NCBI GenBank assembly: GCA_965243375.1
Contig: CBDEUT010000006.1
Coordinates: 64,131-128,130, forward strand
DNA length: 64,000 bases
Direction: 5' to 3'
DNA from: Alphaproteobacteria bacterium
Lineage (GTDB): Bacteria > Pseudomonadota > Alphaproteobacteria > UBA828
Position numbers and translations under genes: made by a program. Shown in pieces: positions 17,694 to 27,104 of the stretch. A model generated the notes under the pieces. The model did no database searches and had not been told where the DNA came from. It worked only from the letters and a program-made list of their open reading frames with translations. The first letter of the stretch is position 1; each line of letters opens with the position of its first letter.

Positions 17694-19280
17694 ATGACGG
17701 TCACGGCCCGACGCGACGTTGAAACTCTCGAGGCGGCGCTTGCGGCCTCGGAGGCTCGGGCAACGGCGGCCGAGGAGCAGATCACCTCGCTGAAGCTGAT
17801 GGTCGAGAAGCTGCGCCGTGCGCTCTACGGGCAGCGCTCGGAGCGCACGGTGCGTCTCCTCAACCAACTGGAGCTTGCGCTCGACGAGCTGACGGCGGAC
17901 GCGACGGAGGACGATCTCGCGGCCGAGCAAGCCGCGGCCGAGACCACCCAGGTCAAGGGGTTCACGCGCCGCAAGCCGTCGCGCAAGCCCTTCCCCGAGC
18001 ATCTGCCGCGCGAGCGGGTGGTGGTTCCTGCACCGACATCGTGCGCGTGCTGCGGGTCGGAGCGGCTGTCGAAGATCGGCGAGGACGTGACCGAGACGCT
18101 TGAGGTGATCCCGCGCCGGTGGAAGGTGATCCAGACGATCCGCGAGAAGTTCACCTGCCGCGATTGCGAGAAGGTCTCGCAGCCGCCGGCGCCGTTCCAC
18201 GCGGTGCCGCGAGGTTGGGCGGGTCCGAACCTTCTGGCGACGATCGTGTTCGAGAAATATGGCCAGCACCAGCCGTTGAACCGGCAGCGCGAGCGCTACG
18301 CGCGCGAGGGGGTCGACCTGAGCCTGTCGACGCTGGCCGATCAGGTCGGGGCCTGCGCCGTGGCGCTGAAACCGCTGCATGACCTGATCGCCGATCACGT
18401 GCTTGCGGCCCGGCGCTTGCACGGCGACGACACTCCCGTCCCGGTGCTGGCCAAGGGCAAGACCGTCACCGGGCGGGCTTGGGCCTATGTGCGTGACGAC
18501 AGGCCGTTCGGCGGTCCGGATCCGCCGGCCGTGCTGTTCCGATACTCCCGCGACCGTTCGGGCAATCACCCGGTCGAGCACCTGAAGACCTTTGCCGGGG
18601 TGCTTCAAGCCGATGCCTATGCTGGCTTCAACCGGCTCTATGTGCCGGGCCGCTCGCCGGGAGCCGTGATCGAGGCCCTGTGCTGGGCTCACAGTCGGAG
18701 GAAGTTCTACGAGCTTGCCGATATCGCGGCGAGCAAGAGGCGCGGCGAGCAGGCGCCGCCGATCTCGCCGCTGGCGATGGAGGCGGTGAAGCGGACCGAC
18801 GCGCTGTTCGACATCGAACGCGAGATCAACGGCAAGAGTGCCGATCAGCGCCTTGCCGTGCGCCGGGAGGCGAGCGCGCCGCTCGTCGCCGATCTCGAGG
18901 ACTGGATGCGCACGGAGCGTGCCAGGCTGTCGCGCCACGCCTCTGTCGCCAAGGCGATGGATTACATGCTCAGACGCTGGGACGGCTTCACCCGTTTCCT
19001 CGATGACGGCCAGATCTGCCTCACGAACAACGCTGTCGAGAGGGCGCTTCGGGTCATCGCTTTGGGACGAAAATCCTGGCTGTTCTGCGGCTCCGATCGC
19101 GGCGGAGTGCGGGCGGCGGCGATGTACACCCTCATCGGCACCGCCAAGCTCAACGATGTCGATCCCCAGGCCTGGCTCGCCGATGTTCTCGGACAGATTG
19201 CCGATCTGCCGCAAAGCGACCTGCACCAGCTCCTGCCCTGGAACTGGAAGACAGCCCAGCACCAGGCCCTGGCCGCCTAA
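17694..19280 (+). CDS. tnpC: IS66 transposase TnpC
   Basis: 528 aa with leucine zipper, CxxC...CxxC zinc finger (CACCGSERL...CRDCEKV), DDE core and conserved C-terminal region. Confidence 0.9.
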   Translation: MTVTARRDVETLEAALAASEARATAAEEQITSLKLMVEKLRRALYGQRSERTVRLLNQLELALDELTADATEDDLAAEQAAAETTQVKGFTRRKPSRKPFPEHLPRERVVVPAPTSCACCGSERLSKIGEDVTETLEVIPRRWKVIQTIREKFTCRDCEKVSQPPAPFHAVPRGWAGPNLLATIVFEKYGQHQPLNRQRERYAREGVDLSLSTLADQVGACAVALKPLHDLIADHVLAARRLHGDDTPVPVLAKGKTVTGRAWAYVRDDRPFGGPDPPAVLFRYSRDRSGNHPVEHLKTFAGVLQADAYAGFNRLYVPGRSPGAVIEALCWAHSRRKFYELADIAASKRRGEQAPPISPLAMEAVKRTDALFDIEREINGKSADQRLAVRREASAPLVADLEDWMRTERARLSRHASVAKAMDYMLRRWDGFTRFLDDGQICLTNNAVERALRVIALGRKSWLFCGSDRGGVRAAAMYTLIGTAKLNDVDPQAWLADVLGQIADLPQSDLHQLLPWNWKTAQHQALAA

Positions 19281-19443
19281 GCCGGACCTCACCAGAGACA
19301 CCGTCTTCCCTGCGGCCGAGGCCGCGTCTCTGCGCGGTCCACCGTGAGCGTCACCGTGGGGCTGAGCGTCACTCGCCTGCCCACCTTGGAACTCCCCGTC
19401 ACGTTCCGCGATTCACCGTCTGCGGTCCCCGCCGGATGCTTAC

Positions 19444-19910
19444 GGAGCGACCTCGGCGACGGTGTTTTCATCGACGCCGTGCAGGCGGACCAGGGGGTCG
19501 AGGACCACGAGGCGTGGCGCGATGCGCTGCACGGTCTCGCGCAGACGCTGCCGGTCGTTGGCATGGTCGAGGCGCAGGATGGGAGCGTCGATGACGGCGA
19601 TGTCGAGCGTCTCGAAGCTGGCGCCGGCTGCCCGGGCGATGCCCTCAAGCCGGGCGCGCACGATGTGGCCGGCGTCCTCGGCCGCGAACAGCAGGACCGG
19701 TCCGGGCTGTTTGGCGGCGAAGCGGCGCAGACAGGGAACGCCGGCGGCGACGGCCACGGCGAGGTCCAGAGCCAGGAAGGATTTGCCGCACTTGGGTTCG
19801 CCGCCGACGATGCCGACGGCTTGGCGTCCCCAGAGGCCGTCGACCAGCCACTGCTGCCGGCTCGGGCGGTCCTCAAGGTCGGCCGGGCTTCGGGTCGGGA
19901 AGCCCTTCAC
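19444..19910 (-). pseudogene. AAA_25 RecA-like ATPase gene of copy C, N-terminal fragment (split by IS66)
   Basis: MKGFPTRSPADLEDRPSRQQWLVDGLWGRQAVGIVGGEPKCGKSFLALDL...; ends at the IS66 boundary. Confidence 0.7.
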
Positions 19911-20740
19911 CGGCGCGCTCTCCTGGTCTTGGTGGGCTCCCCCCAGGTCTCCAGGAAGAGCTTTTCGTCGAGCACTTCACGATCCTGATCGGCGCCGGCG
20001 GCGAGCAGCGCATCGGCCATGACGGTGAGCGTCCTGGGGTTGCCGCCGGCATGGGCGACGAGGGTGTCCTTGAGGCCGGCGGTCATCAGGGCGGGGTTGC
20101 CGGCCTCCTCCAGCAGGTGGTCGAGGAGGCGCAGTAGATCCTCGTCTTCGGGACGCGTCATGAGGAGGCGCTGGCGGATGCGGGAGTCGATGGGATGCAG
20201 CTCCGGCGTGCGCAGTTTTGCGAGCAGCCGGTTGTCACCGGCCAGCACCACGCCAAGGATGGTGCGCGAGTCGAAGTCGGTCGAGGAGAGCAGGCGCATC
20301 TCGGTCAGCACCGCGTTGGGCAGCTCCTGTGCCTCGTCGACCAGCAGGAGTGGGCGCATGCGCGTGTCGTCGAGGTGGTCGAGCCAGCGCTGCCGCAGTC
20401 CCTTGATCCCATTCCAGCGATTGTTGTGGGCCATGGTGATGGCGAAGCGGTCGGAGATCTCGTGGTAGAAGTCGGCGACGCTGGAGGACGGATGGGTGAG
20501 GACCGCGACGCTCAACCTGTCGATGCGCTCAAGGCGCTCGGCGAGCAACCGCAGCGCCACGCTCTTGCCGATGCCGGGCGGGCCGCCGATCAGGGCGAAG
20601 CCGCCCTGGCGCACCAGATGCCGTTCGACCCTGCGGCAGAAGTTCTCGACGGCGGGTGTGGTCATCAGGCCATCGACCGGGAGGTCGGTGGAGAAGGGGT
20701 TCCACTTGAGGCCGTACAGCGTGAGCATTTCGCGGTTCAT
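19907..20740 (-). CDS. TniB/MuB-like AAA+ ATPase, copy C paralog
   Basis: MNREMLTLYGLKWNPF...ALIGGPPGIGKSVALRLL...LLVDEAQELP; same architecture as 4862-5662, diverged. Confidence 0.7.
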   Translation of the reverse strand: MNREMLTLYGLKWNPFSTDLPVDGLMTTPAVENFCRRVERHLVRQGGFALIGGPPGIGKSVALRLLAERLERIDRLSVAVLTHPSSSVADFYHEISDRFAITMAHNNRWNGIKGLRQRWLDHLDDTRMRPLLLVDEAQELPNAVLTEMRLLSSTDFDSRTILGVVLAGDNRLLAKLRTPELHPIDSRIRQRLLMTRPEDEDLLRLLDHLLEEAGNPALMTAGLKDTLVAHAGGNPRTLTVMADALLAAGADQDREVLDEKLFLETWGEPTKTRRARR

Positions 20741-22254
20741 GAGGGGTCTCCCCGATCGTCGTCTTCGCCCGGCCCGGGGCTTTCGGCGTGAGGCAGCCAG
20801 GCCGGCGGCAGGCCCGTCGCGGCCTGGTCGTCGAGGATGCGCCTGAGCAGCGGCGCGGCTTCGCCCCCGCCGGCGCTGCCGCCGCCATCGTTGTCGCCGG
20901 GCCCGGCCGGGCGGCGCATACCGCCGGCATTGCCGCGCCGGTCGAGCGGGTAGAGGGTGCACAGCCGCTCGCCGCTTCGGCCGTCGACCAGATCAACGCT
21001 GGCCAGGTCCCAGCGCGCATAGCGGATCCACAGCGTGCTCAGGTGGCGCCACGGCGCGGGAACCTGATAGCGGATGCCCTCGAGCGACACGGTTCCGTCC
21101 GAGCGCCGCAGCGTGCGCTTCACGGTGATGCGGAACGCCGCCCTGAGCTCGTCGCGGCCGAGGCAGGGCCTCGACGCATCGTCGCTGTCGAGCAGGCGCT
21201 TGAGCGGCGTGGTGCCGAGCTCGCGGTGCACCCGGCGGTGGTAGTCCTGCTCGACCCAGGCGACGGTCGCGTCGTTGAGCGTCTTCAGGGTGAGCGGCTC
21301 GACGCCTTCGAGCATGGCCATCAGGCGGCCCTCGACCGAGGCCCACAGGACCTCCATCTTGCCATTCTGATGAGGCGCCCCCGCGAGGGTCCTGGAGTGG
21401 ATGATGCCGAGCCGGTGCAGCCCCTCCTCGACCTCCCCCGCCATCATCGGCGAGCCGTTGTCGCTCATGAGCGCGCGCGGCAGGCCGCGCTTCATGAAGG
21501 CCTGGCAGAGCCCGTGGACGAAGACCTCGGCGGTCTCCTCCAGGTACCACTGCAGGTGGCAACCCACCCGCGAGTGGTCGTCGAGGAAGCCGAGCATGAT
21601 CGGCGTGCGCCAGGCGCCGGACGCGGTCAGCACCCGGCACCGGGCATGATGGAAGTCGGTGTGCCAGAGCGCATGGCTGCGCGAGACCTCGAAGCTCAGC
21701 ACCTCGCGCGGCTCGACCGGCGCCCGCTCGGGTTCCCGGTCGAAGCGCCGCCGGCGGCGCTGGCGCACCAACCCGCGATTGCGCATTGCCCGGGTCAGCG
21801 TCGCGTAGGAGGGCATCGGGCCGAGCGCCGGATCGACCTCGACCAGCGCCCGCAGGTTGTCGTAATGCAGCTGCCCCGACCACGACGGATGCGCCCGGTA
21901 CTGGCCGCGCAGCGCCTCGATCAGCGCCGGCGACATCGCCCGCTCGCGGCCGGCATCGGTGCGCGGCCGGCGGCGCAGCGCCTTGACCGGATCCCGGTCC
22001 GCCGCCCGTGCCTGGTAGTACCAGCGTTCGATCGTCGACACCGAGAAGCGCACCGGCCCCTTGCCGGACGGGTGATCCCAGTCGCGTTGCGACAGCCGCT
22101 CCAGCTCCGCCCGCAACTGCCCCGTGGGCGGCGGCGAGGCCAGCAACGGCCCGACGACCGCGAAGCGCAGCCGCGCCCACCGGTCGCGGTCGCCCCCTCC
22201 GTTGTTGCTGTCCATGGCGGCATCTCTCCCTGGCCGTGTCGGGGAGATGCCCAT
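20737..22254 (-). CDS. DDE transposase (rve), copy C paralog
   Basis: ...LWHTDFHHARCRVLTASG...FLDDHSRV...LMSDNGSPMMAGE...HSRTLAGAPHQNGKMEVLW DDE core. Confidence 0.7.
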   Translation of the reverse strand: MGISPTRPGRDAAMDSNNGGGDRDRWARLRFAVVGPLLASPPPTGQLRAELERLSQRDWDHPSGKGPVRFSVSTIERWYYQARAADRDPVKALRRRPRTDAGRERAMSPALIEALRGQYRAHPSWSGQLHYDNLRALVEVDPALGPMPSYATLTRAMRNRGLVRQRRRRRFDREPERAPVEPREVLSFEVSRSHALWHTDFHHARCRVLTASGAWRTPIMLGFLDDHSRVGCHLQWYLEETAEVFVHGLCQAFMKRGLPRALMSDNGSPMMAGEVEEGLHRLGIIHSRTLAGAPHQNGKMEVLWASVEGRLMAMLEGVEPLTLKTLNDATVAWVEQDYHRRVHRELGTTPLKRLLDSDDASRPCLGRDELRAAFRITVKRTLRRSDGTVSLEGIRYQVPAPWRHLSTLWIRYARWDLASVDLVDGRSGERLCTLYPLDRRGNAGGMRRPAGPGDNDGGGSAGGGEAAPLLRRILDDQAATGLPPAWLPHAESPGPGEDDDRGDPS

Positions 22255-22264
22255 GTAGAGCGCC

Positions 22265-22879
22265 CTATCCGTTCATGACAGAAACGTTTTCTGCGGGCGC
22301 CGCCGGCCCGGCGCCGAGCGCGCAAAAGCCGGTCCACGGCATCAGCCAGACCAGGCTGCGCAACAGCCGCGAGCGGAAGCCGCGGCCCCGCATGGTGCGC
22401 AGCAGCCAGCGCAGCGGCACGTCGGCGGGGGGCGCCGCCAGCGCGCCCCGCTTCGCCCCCCACTCCCGGGTCAGCGGGAAGACTTCCAGCCACCAGCGCC
22501 GCCAGCGCTTCAGCGTCGAGGCCGGAACCCCGCACCGCCGCGCGATCGTCTGCAACCGCACGCCGCCGGCCACAGCCAGCGCGCTCACCACCAGGAACAG
22601 CGCCCCGACGTAGAAGCGGCGCCCGAAGAAACGCACCGACGGCGGCTTCACGCGGCGCCGGCATGACGAACAGCACAAGCTGAAGCGCCGCGCGTCGTCC
22701 CGAAGATCCACCGCCAGACCGTAGGGCTTGCGCGGGTAGGTCGCGCTGTGAAGCGTGCCGCCGCAGCGCGGACAGCCGGCCGCTCGGCAGGCCTCCGCCT
22801 CCGCCGCATCGACGCGCTTGAGAAAAGCCCAGACCCGGGCATTCGAATGGATGGAGTGCCGGAACAGCTTGTGCGACAT
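22265..22879 (-). CDS. Cys-rich hypothetical, copy C homolog of the transposon first gene
   Basis: 204 aa with CPRCGG...CCSSC motifs. Same position relative to the transposase as 7028-7672. Confidence 0.5.
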   Translation of the reverse strand: MSHKLFRHSIHSNARVWAFLKRVDAAEAEACRAAGCPRCGGTLHSATYPRKPYGLAVDLRDDARRFSLCCSSCRRRVKPPSVRFFGRRFYVGALFLVVSALAVAGGVRLQTIARRCGVPASTLKRWRRWWLEVFPLTREWGAKRGALAAPPADVPLRWLLRTMRGRGFRSRLLRSLVWLMPWTGFCALGAGPAAPAENVSVMNG

Positions 22880-22988
22880 TGGGGCCGTCTCAGGTTGATA
22901 TCACCGTCACCGAGACAAGCCCTCCGGCGGCCTTCATGCAAGATCGCCGGGGGGCAACCACCCCAAATCCTCGATTAATTCGAGCGGA

Positions 22989-23204
22989 TCAGCCCTGATT
23001 CCCCGCTGAAATTCTGCGCCCTCTCACCGGGTCGTGCCGGCCGTTGGCGGGTCCCCGGTAGTTGTAACGGAACCCGTAATGCTGCACGCGGCGGCTGAGA
23101 TCGGTGAGCCAGGGGGCCTGGGAGATGCGCAGCAGGATGCGCTCTTCCTCGGCCTCGGTGATGACGTCGGGCACCAGCGCGGCGCCGTGATCGAAGATGC
23201 TCAT
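22989..23204 (-). pseudogene. N-terminal fragment of AlkB-like 2OG-Fe(II) oxygenase
   Basis: VPDVITEAEEERILLRISQAPWLTDLSRRVQHYGFRYNY matches the AlkB-family N-terminal region. The reading frame ends after about 65 aa, close to the approximate end of copy C. No HxD...H core follows. Confidence 0.4.
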
Positions 23205-23332
23205 GGTGTCCTCCCCAGTGGAACGCTACCCGGGCCGGAGTCCTCTCTCCTTCCGGACGGATCGCCCTTCTCCGGGCTGACCTCTGCCTCGAACGCGCTT
23301 GCCGGGAGGGTGCGCGCGCTATTTGCAGACTG

Positions 23333-23770
23333 TCAGGACCAGGCCTGGGCGCGGGTCGCGGCGTCGTAGATGGCGCTGTAGGGCGGGTTCTCGGAGGAGG
23401 CGAGCACCGTCCTGGCGGGGTTGCGGTAGCGCAGCAGGACCGTGCGGGCGTCGGTGTGGAGCAGGGCCTCGTGGAAGGCGGACCAGGCGGCACTCTCGTC
23501 GTGGTGAACGGAGAAGACCTGCTCGGTCTCGATATCGGGGCAGTCGGGGTAGAGGCCCACGAGTTCGTAGCGTGGCGGGAGCGAGGGCTCGTGCCGGCAG
23601 GGCGTGACGCCGGTGCTGCTGTCGATCAGCAGGGTGCCCCTGCGCGGGCGGTCGGCGCCGCGGCGCCGGGTGCTCCGCGATGCCACGTGGCCGCGGTCGG
23701 TGGGGCCGGGCAGCGGCAACACGTCGGCACGATTCTGGGCGACGGTGCGCGCGAGATGGCGGCAGGGCAT
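23333..23770 (-). CDS. hypothetical protein
   Basis: 145-aa ORF in a very GC-rich region with ORFs in all frames. No family recognised. Confidence 0.25.
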   Translation of the reverse strand: MPCRHLARTVAQNRADVLPLPGPTDRGHVASRSTRRRGADRPRRGTLLIDSSTGVTPCRHEPSLPPRYELVGLYPDCPDIETEQVFSVHHDESAAWSAFHEALLHTDARTVLLRYRNPARTVLASSENPPYSAIYDAATRAQAWS

Positions 23771-24561
23771 GGGATTGCCTCCGGTGTAGGGTGGGACGGG
23801 GTGGCGCAGGCGGCGAGCGTTTCGCCGGTCGCGCCGGAGGTGAACGGCCGCCCGCTCGGGTCACCCTCCCGCCTGCGGGCGCTTCGCCCCCTTTCCCGGC
23901 CGGCCTCCGGCTCGAACGGGTGCGATCGACAGGCTGAGCGCGCAGCAGGTGTTGATCGGCGCACGGGCTTGGTGTCGATCCGCGCGGTAACCCATTGACC
24001 CAGCTGGATTGTGGGGGTCAACAAAGCGTGCTTAACAACAGACCAGACCGTGCGCTGCCGCGCCGGATATGTGCGCCGGACGGCGTCGGCTGTACCGGCG
24101 ACCCACCCTTCGGTAGCGCAAGCGAGTCAAGGCCGGCTCCAAGTCTCATCGTGTCACAAAGCAACACCAGTGCGTGGCACGCTCTACGCCGCATTTTCTC
24201 TGCCAGGTCAAGTAGAGAAATCATGAATTCCTGCGGCAGCAACGGAATAATCAAAGACATCGTTGGACCATAAACTACTATCGCGAAAGTGATCGTCGTT
24301 TCTATGGTTGTAGGGGGAACGTACTGGAGGAGTATGCAAGAGCGGTATATGGTATGTATTTTGGTCTATTTTTGCTTGCCTTTGGGAAACTAGAGGCTCT
24401 TGACTTCGCATGCGTATCGACGACTGCTCATTACAGCACTTATTATAATTTCCAAAGTGGGGCGTTATGGTGGCCGATTCTTGCGGACCTATAAGGAAAA
24501 TGTATAGTGTATTATGGAATTCATGAGTGAGTTTATCCGGGGTTTCATGGAGCCTTATTAG

Positions 24562-27051
24562 GTGAGAAATTCGGGTGTTGGGCGACCTGCTAGACCGGTT
24601 GTTCTAAACGATGAAGAACGGGCGTTCCTTCGGAGCGTTGTTTGCACCGTCCGCGCCAATAGAGCGGTTCAAACGCGTTGCCGCGCCATTCTACTTTGCG
24701 CCGAGGGACTGAGTAATTCCCAAGTAAGCAAGAGACTTGGCATATCGGATAGCTCAGTCTCGACAATGCGGAGCGGCTTTCTCAGGAGTCGCCGTCAGCT
24801 GAAGTCGAACATATATGCAAACCAGATAGTCTACAGTCCGGACGACGAAATACCGACCACGCTGAGGCGCTGGGTCTACAGCAGTCGAGGCTACCGTCCG
24901 AGACCCATTGAACTGGACGAAGAAGAGCGTTTTGTGCTAGAACACTATATTCGTAATTCCAGCGTAACCAGCACCATTACGGCTCGTTGTCGCATGATCC
25001 TGCATTGCGCCGAAGGCCTGAGTAACCGAGCGATCGCGAAAGAACTAGGCTTGAGCGACAACACGGTAAGGGATTGGCGCGCCAGCTTTCTCGAGGACCG
25101 CATCGATGGACTGCTGGGCAAGAGAAGAGCGGTCCGGGGGCATCGCCTTACGGGCAGGATGGGAGGTCCAGCTCTCGATCTCGTTGAAGGCGGTCGGGCC
25201 GGAGGTCGGCCGACGGTTGTCCTGGACGAGGATGAACAGGTGTCATTGAGAAGTCTTGCTCTTGGCCTGCAAGGCACGGGGACGAGATCGGATCGCTGCC
25301 GCATGATTCTGCTCTGTGCCGACGGCCTGACCGACGAGGCGGTGGCGGCAAAGCTCGGTGTGGGGCGCAAGACTGTCGGCAAATGGCGCCGTCGCTTTCT
25401 TGACGAGGGGGTTTGGGGGCTGATGGGTAAGCCCTGGCTCGGCCTCGGTCCCCCTCTGACCGACAAGCAGGCAGCAGAAATCCTCGAGCGTTCGCTCAGC
25501 AACGCGCCGGATGGACCGGTCCGCTGGACCGCGCAGGCGATGAGCGACGCAACCGGTCTATCGAAAACAACAATCCAGCGCACGCGGTCGGCCCTCGGTG
25601 CGTACCCACGCCGCTGGAAAATGCTCGAGCTCTCCAACGATCCCCTGTTCGTGGAGAGGGTGCGCGGCATCGCCGGGCTCTATATGCAGCCTCCGCTTCG
25701 CGCGATGGTGCTCTGTATCGGCAACGGCGCGCGCGCGGGCGCCGCCCTCCCAAGAGACGAAGCGGACCGGGGCCGGGAACCCGGCCGCGCGCAACCGGTT
25801 GCGCCGATCATGCCGGTGGTGTCGCGTACCCGAGATAGCAGGGTTCTCGGGACCAACTCGCTCCTCTTCGCCCTCGACGCCGCCGCAGGCTTCGACAGGA
25901 CTGCGGAGCTCGCGCGATTCCGCGCCGAGGAGGTTCACGAGTTCCTGCGGCAGATCGACCGGAGTGTCCCTGACGATCTGCCTCTGCACATCATTCTCGA
26001 CTACTGCGTCAAGTATGAGAACGCGACGATCAGGCACTGGCTGGCGCGGCGTCCGCGCTGGCATGTCCACGTCGCGCCAACCCCGGCCGCGTGGGTCTAT
26101 CAAGCCGAGCACTGGTTCGCCGAACTGACGCGCAGGCAGTCAAGGATCGGCGAGAGTGCCTCCACGCATTGCCTCACGGCCGATATCCGCGCCTTCGTCG
26201 ACGGACACTTCGATGGGCCCGAGCCCTTCATATGGCCTGTGTCCACCGATGACCGTCTCGCCGCCGTCGCACATCCTGGCCGGCTCATCGCGCCAACCCG
26301 TACCGCCGCGAGTATCGGAGGCAACGGGCTCGGTCAGCGGAATGGACCGCCGCCGGCACTTGAGCGCAGCCAAGACCGCAATTCGGTCCGTGCCTCAAGC
26401 GCCGGGCAGGCGAGCACACGGCAGGAGGCAAACGCTGAGAAAGGCTCCGGCGAGGCCGCGGAAACGGACGCCGGGTCCGGAGAGGGCTGCGACAGCTCAT
26501 GGCTCGATTGCGCTCTGCAGCACTTTCAAATGGAGACGCTCAGCGAGCTGATAATCATGCTCGGTTCCGTCGACCGCGATGTCCTCGATCGCGTGACCCA
26601 GGCGCTGATGGACGCGCGCCACGTGCTCGTCGCCAGCCGGGACAGGGATCAAATCTGCGCTATTCACATGCAACGTATCGCAGCCAGGCGGTTTCGCAAT
26701 TGGCAACATGTGAGATGCAATAGTTCGGAGACGGTTGAATCCCCGACCCGTCTTACGCCCGGCGATGTCGTGGTCGGAATTGCACTCGGGCCGTTCAACC
26801 ACTCCAGCTCGTTCGATGACCACACCCTCCGGCTTGCCGAACGTGCCCGAGCCGTAGGCGCGCGGGTGATCGGCATTACCGACTGGCGAGAGTCGACCTT
26901 GGCCGCCTACGCAGACGATGTCCTACACGCTCCGGGCCTGGGACCCGTCTCATTTCCGTCCTGTGTGCCCGCGATGGTCCTCGTCGAAGCGCTGATCGAA
27001 ATCCTGGGAGCGCGCATCGACGGCTGCGGCTGTGGGACGCCGGACGAATGA
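24562..27051 (+). CDS. fusion protein: three tandem IS630-type HTH modules, a catalytically dead IS630 (DDE_3) transposase core and a C-terminal SIS (sugar isomerase) domain
   Basis: Three repeats of LxDEExxxL...RCRxILxCAEGLSNxxxAKxLGxSxxTV. LYMQPPLRAMVLCIGNG...LHIILDYCVKYE...APTPAAWVYQAEHWF aligns to the IS630 DDE_3 core with the first catalytic D replaced (SVDEKS to CIGNGA). C-terminus has ARHVLVASRDRDQICAIHMQRI...GDVVVGIALGPFNHSS...ARVIGITDWRESTLAAYADDVL, an RpiR/MurR-type SIS domain. GC is lower than the surroundings and an AT-rich tract lies upstream. GTG start. Confidence 0.75.
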   Translation: MRNSGVGRPARPVVLNDEERAFLRSVVCTVRANRAVQTRCRAILLCAEGLSNSQVSKRLGISDSSVSTMRSGFLRSRRQLKSNIYANQIVYSPDDEIPTTLRRWVYSSRGYRPRPIELDEEERFVLEHYIRNSSVTSTITARCRMILHCAEGLSNRAIAKELGLSDNTVRDWRASFLEDRIDGLLGKRRAVRGHRLTGRMGGPALDLVEGGRAGGRPTVVLDEDEQVSLRSLALGLQGTGTRSDRCRMILLCADGLTDEAVAAKLGVGRKTVGKWRRRFLDEGVWGLMGKPWLGLGPPLTDKQAAEILERSLSNAPDGPVRWTAQAMSDATGLSKTTIQRTRSALGAYPRRWKMLELSNDPLFVERVRGIAGLYMQPPLRAMVLCIGNGARAGAALPRDEADRGREPGRAQPVAPIMPVVSRTRDSRVLGTNSLLFALDAAAGFDRTAELARFRAEEVHEFLRQIDRSVPDDLPLHIILDYCVKYENATIRHWLARRPRWHVHVAPTPAAWVYQAEHWFAELTRRQSRIGESASTHCLTADIRAFVDGHFDGPEPFIWPVSTDDRLAAVAHPGRLIAPTRTAASIGGNGLGQRNGPPPALERSQDRNSVRASSAGQASTRQEANAEKGSGEAAETDAGSGEGCDSSWLDCALQHFQMETLSELIIMLGSVDRDVLDRVTQALMDARHVLVASRDRDQICAIHMQRIAARRFRNWQHVRCNSSETVESPTRLTPGDVVVGIALGPFNHSSSFDDHTLRLAERARAVGARVIGITDWRESTLAAYADDVLHAPGLGPVSFPSCVPAMVLVEALIEILGARIDGCGCGTPDE

Positions 27052-27104
27052 ACGATCGAGCGGAACAACCCGGGTCGATGGCCCGCCCGTAAGGAGAGAG
27101 ATAC

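Larger units (their letters stand above)
16768..19443 (+). mobile_element. IS66-family insertion sequence, intact (2676 bp), 8-bp duplication GGAGCGAC
   Basis: Terminal inverted repeats GTAAGCATCCGGCGGGGACCG at both ends. GGAGCGAC at 16760-16767 and 19444-19451. tnpA-tnpB-tnpC inside. The flanking AAA_25 ORF is continuous across the duplication (...AEVAP / ILGFLRD...). Confidence 0.9.
15950..22950 (-). mobile_element. diverged third copy (C) of the four-gene transposon, ends degenerate, interrupted by IS66
   Basis: Same gene order on the minus strand. The Cys/His-rich, transposase and ATPase proteins are clearly homologous to those of copies A and B but well diverged. The AAA_25 gene fragments flanking the IS66 are near-identical to the A/B gene and rejoin in frame. 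The left end 16000-16210 resembles the copy A/B end (gtcaagccgctacgcggctcc...). Boundaries are approximate. Confidence 0.55.

Noticed and set aside
22989-23770. Joining ORFs 23333-23770 and 22989-23204 into one frameshifted AlkB gene
   Set aside because: The AlkB-like N-terminal motif lies in the downstream ORF, so the order is wrong for a single AlkB protein. Treated as a separate fragment.
24208-24411. 67-aa ORF in the AT-rich tract upstream of the 829-aa gene
   Set aside because: Short ORF expected by chance in AT-rich DNA. The tract is more likely a promoter or regulatory region. The TTGACT and TATAAT hexamers there are 38 nt apart and do not form a canonical promoter.
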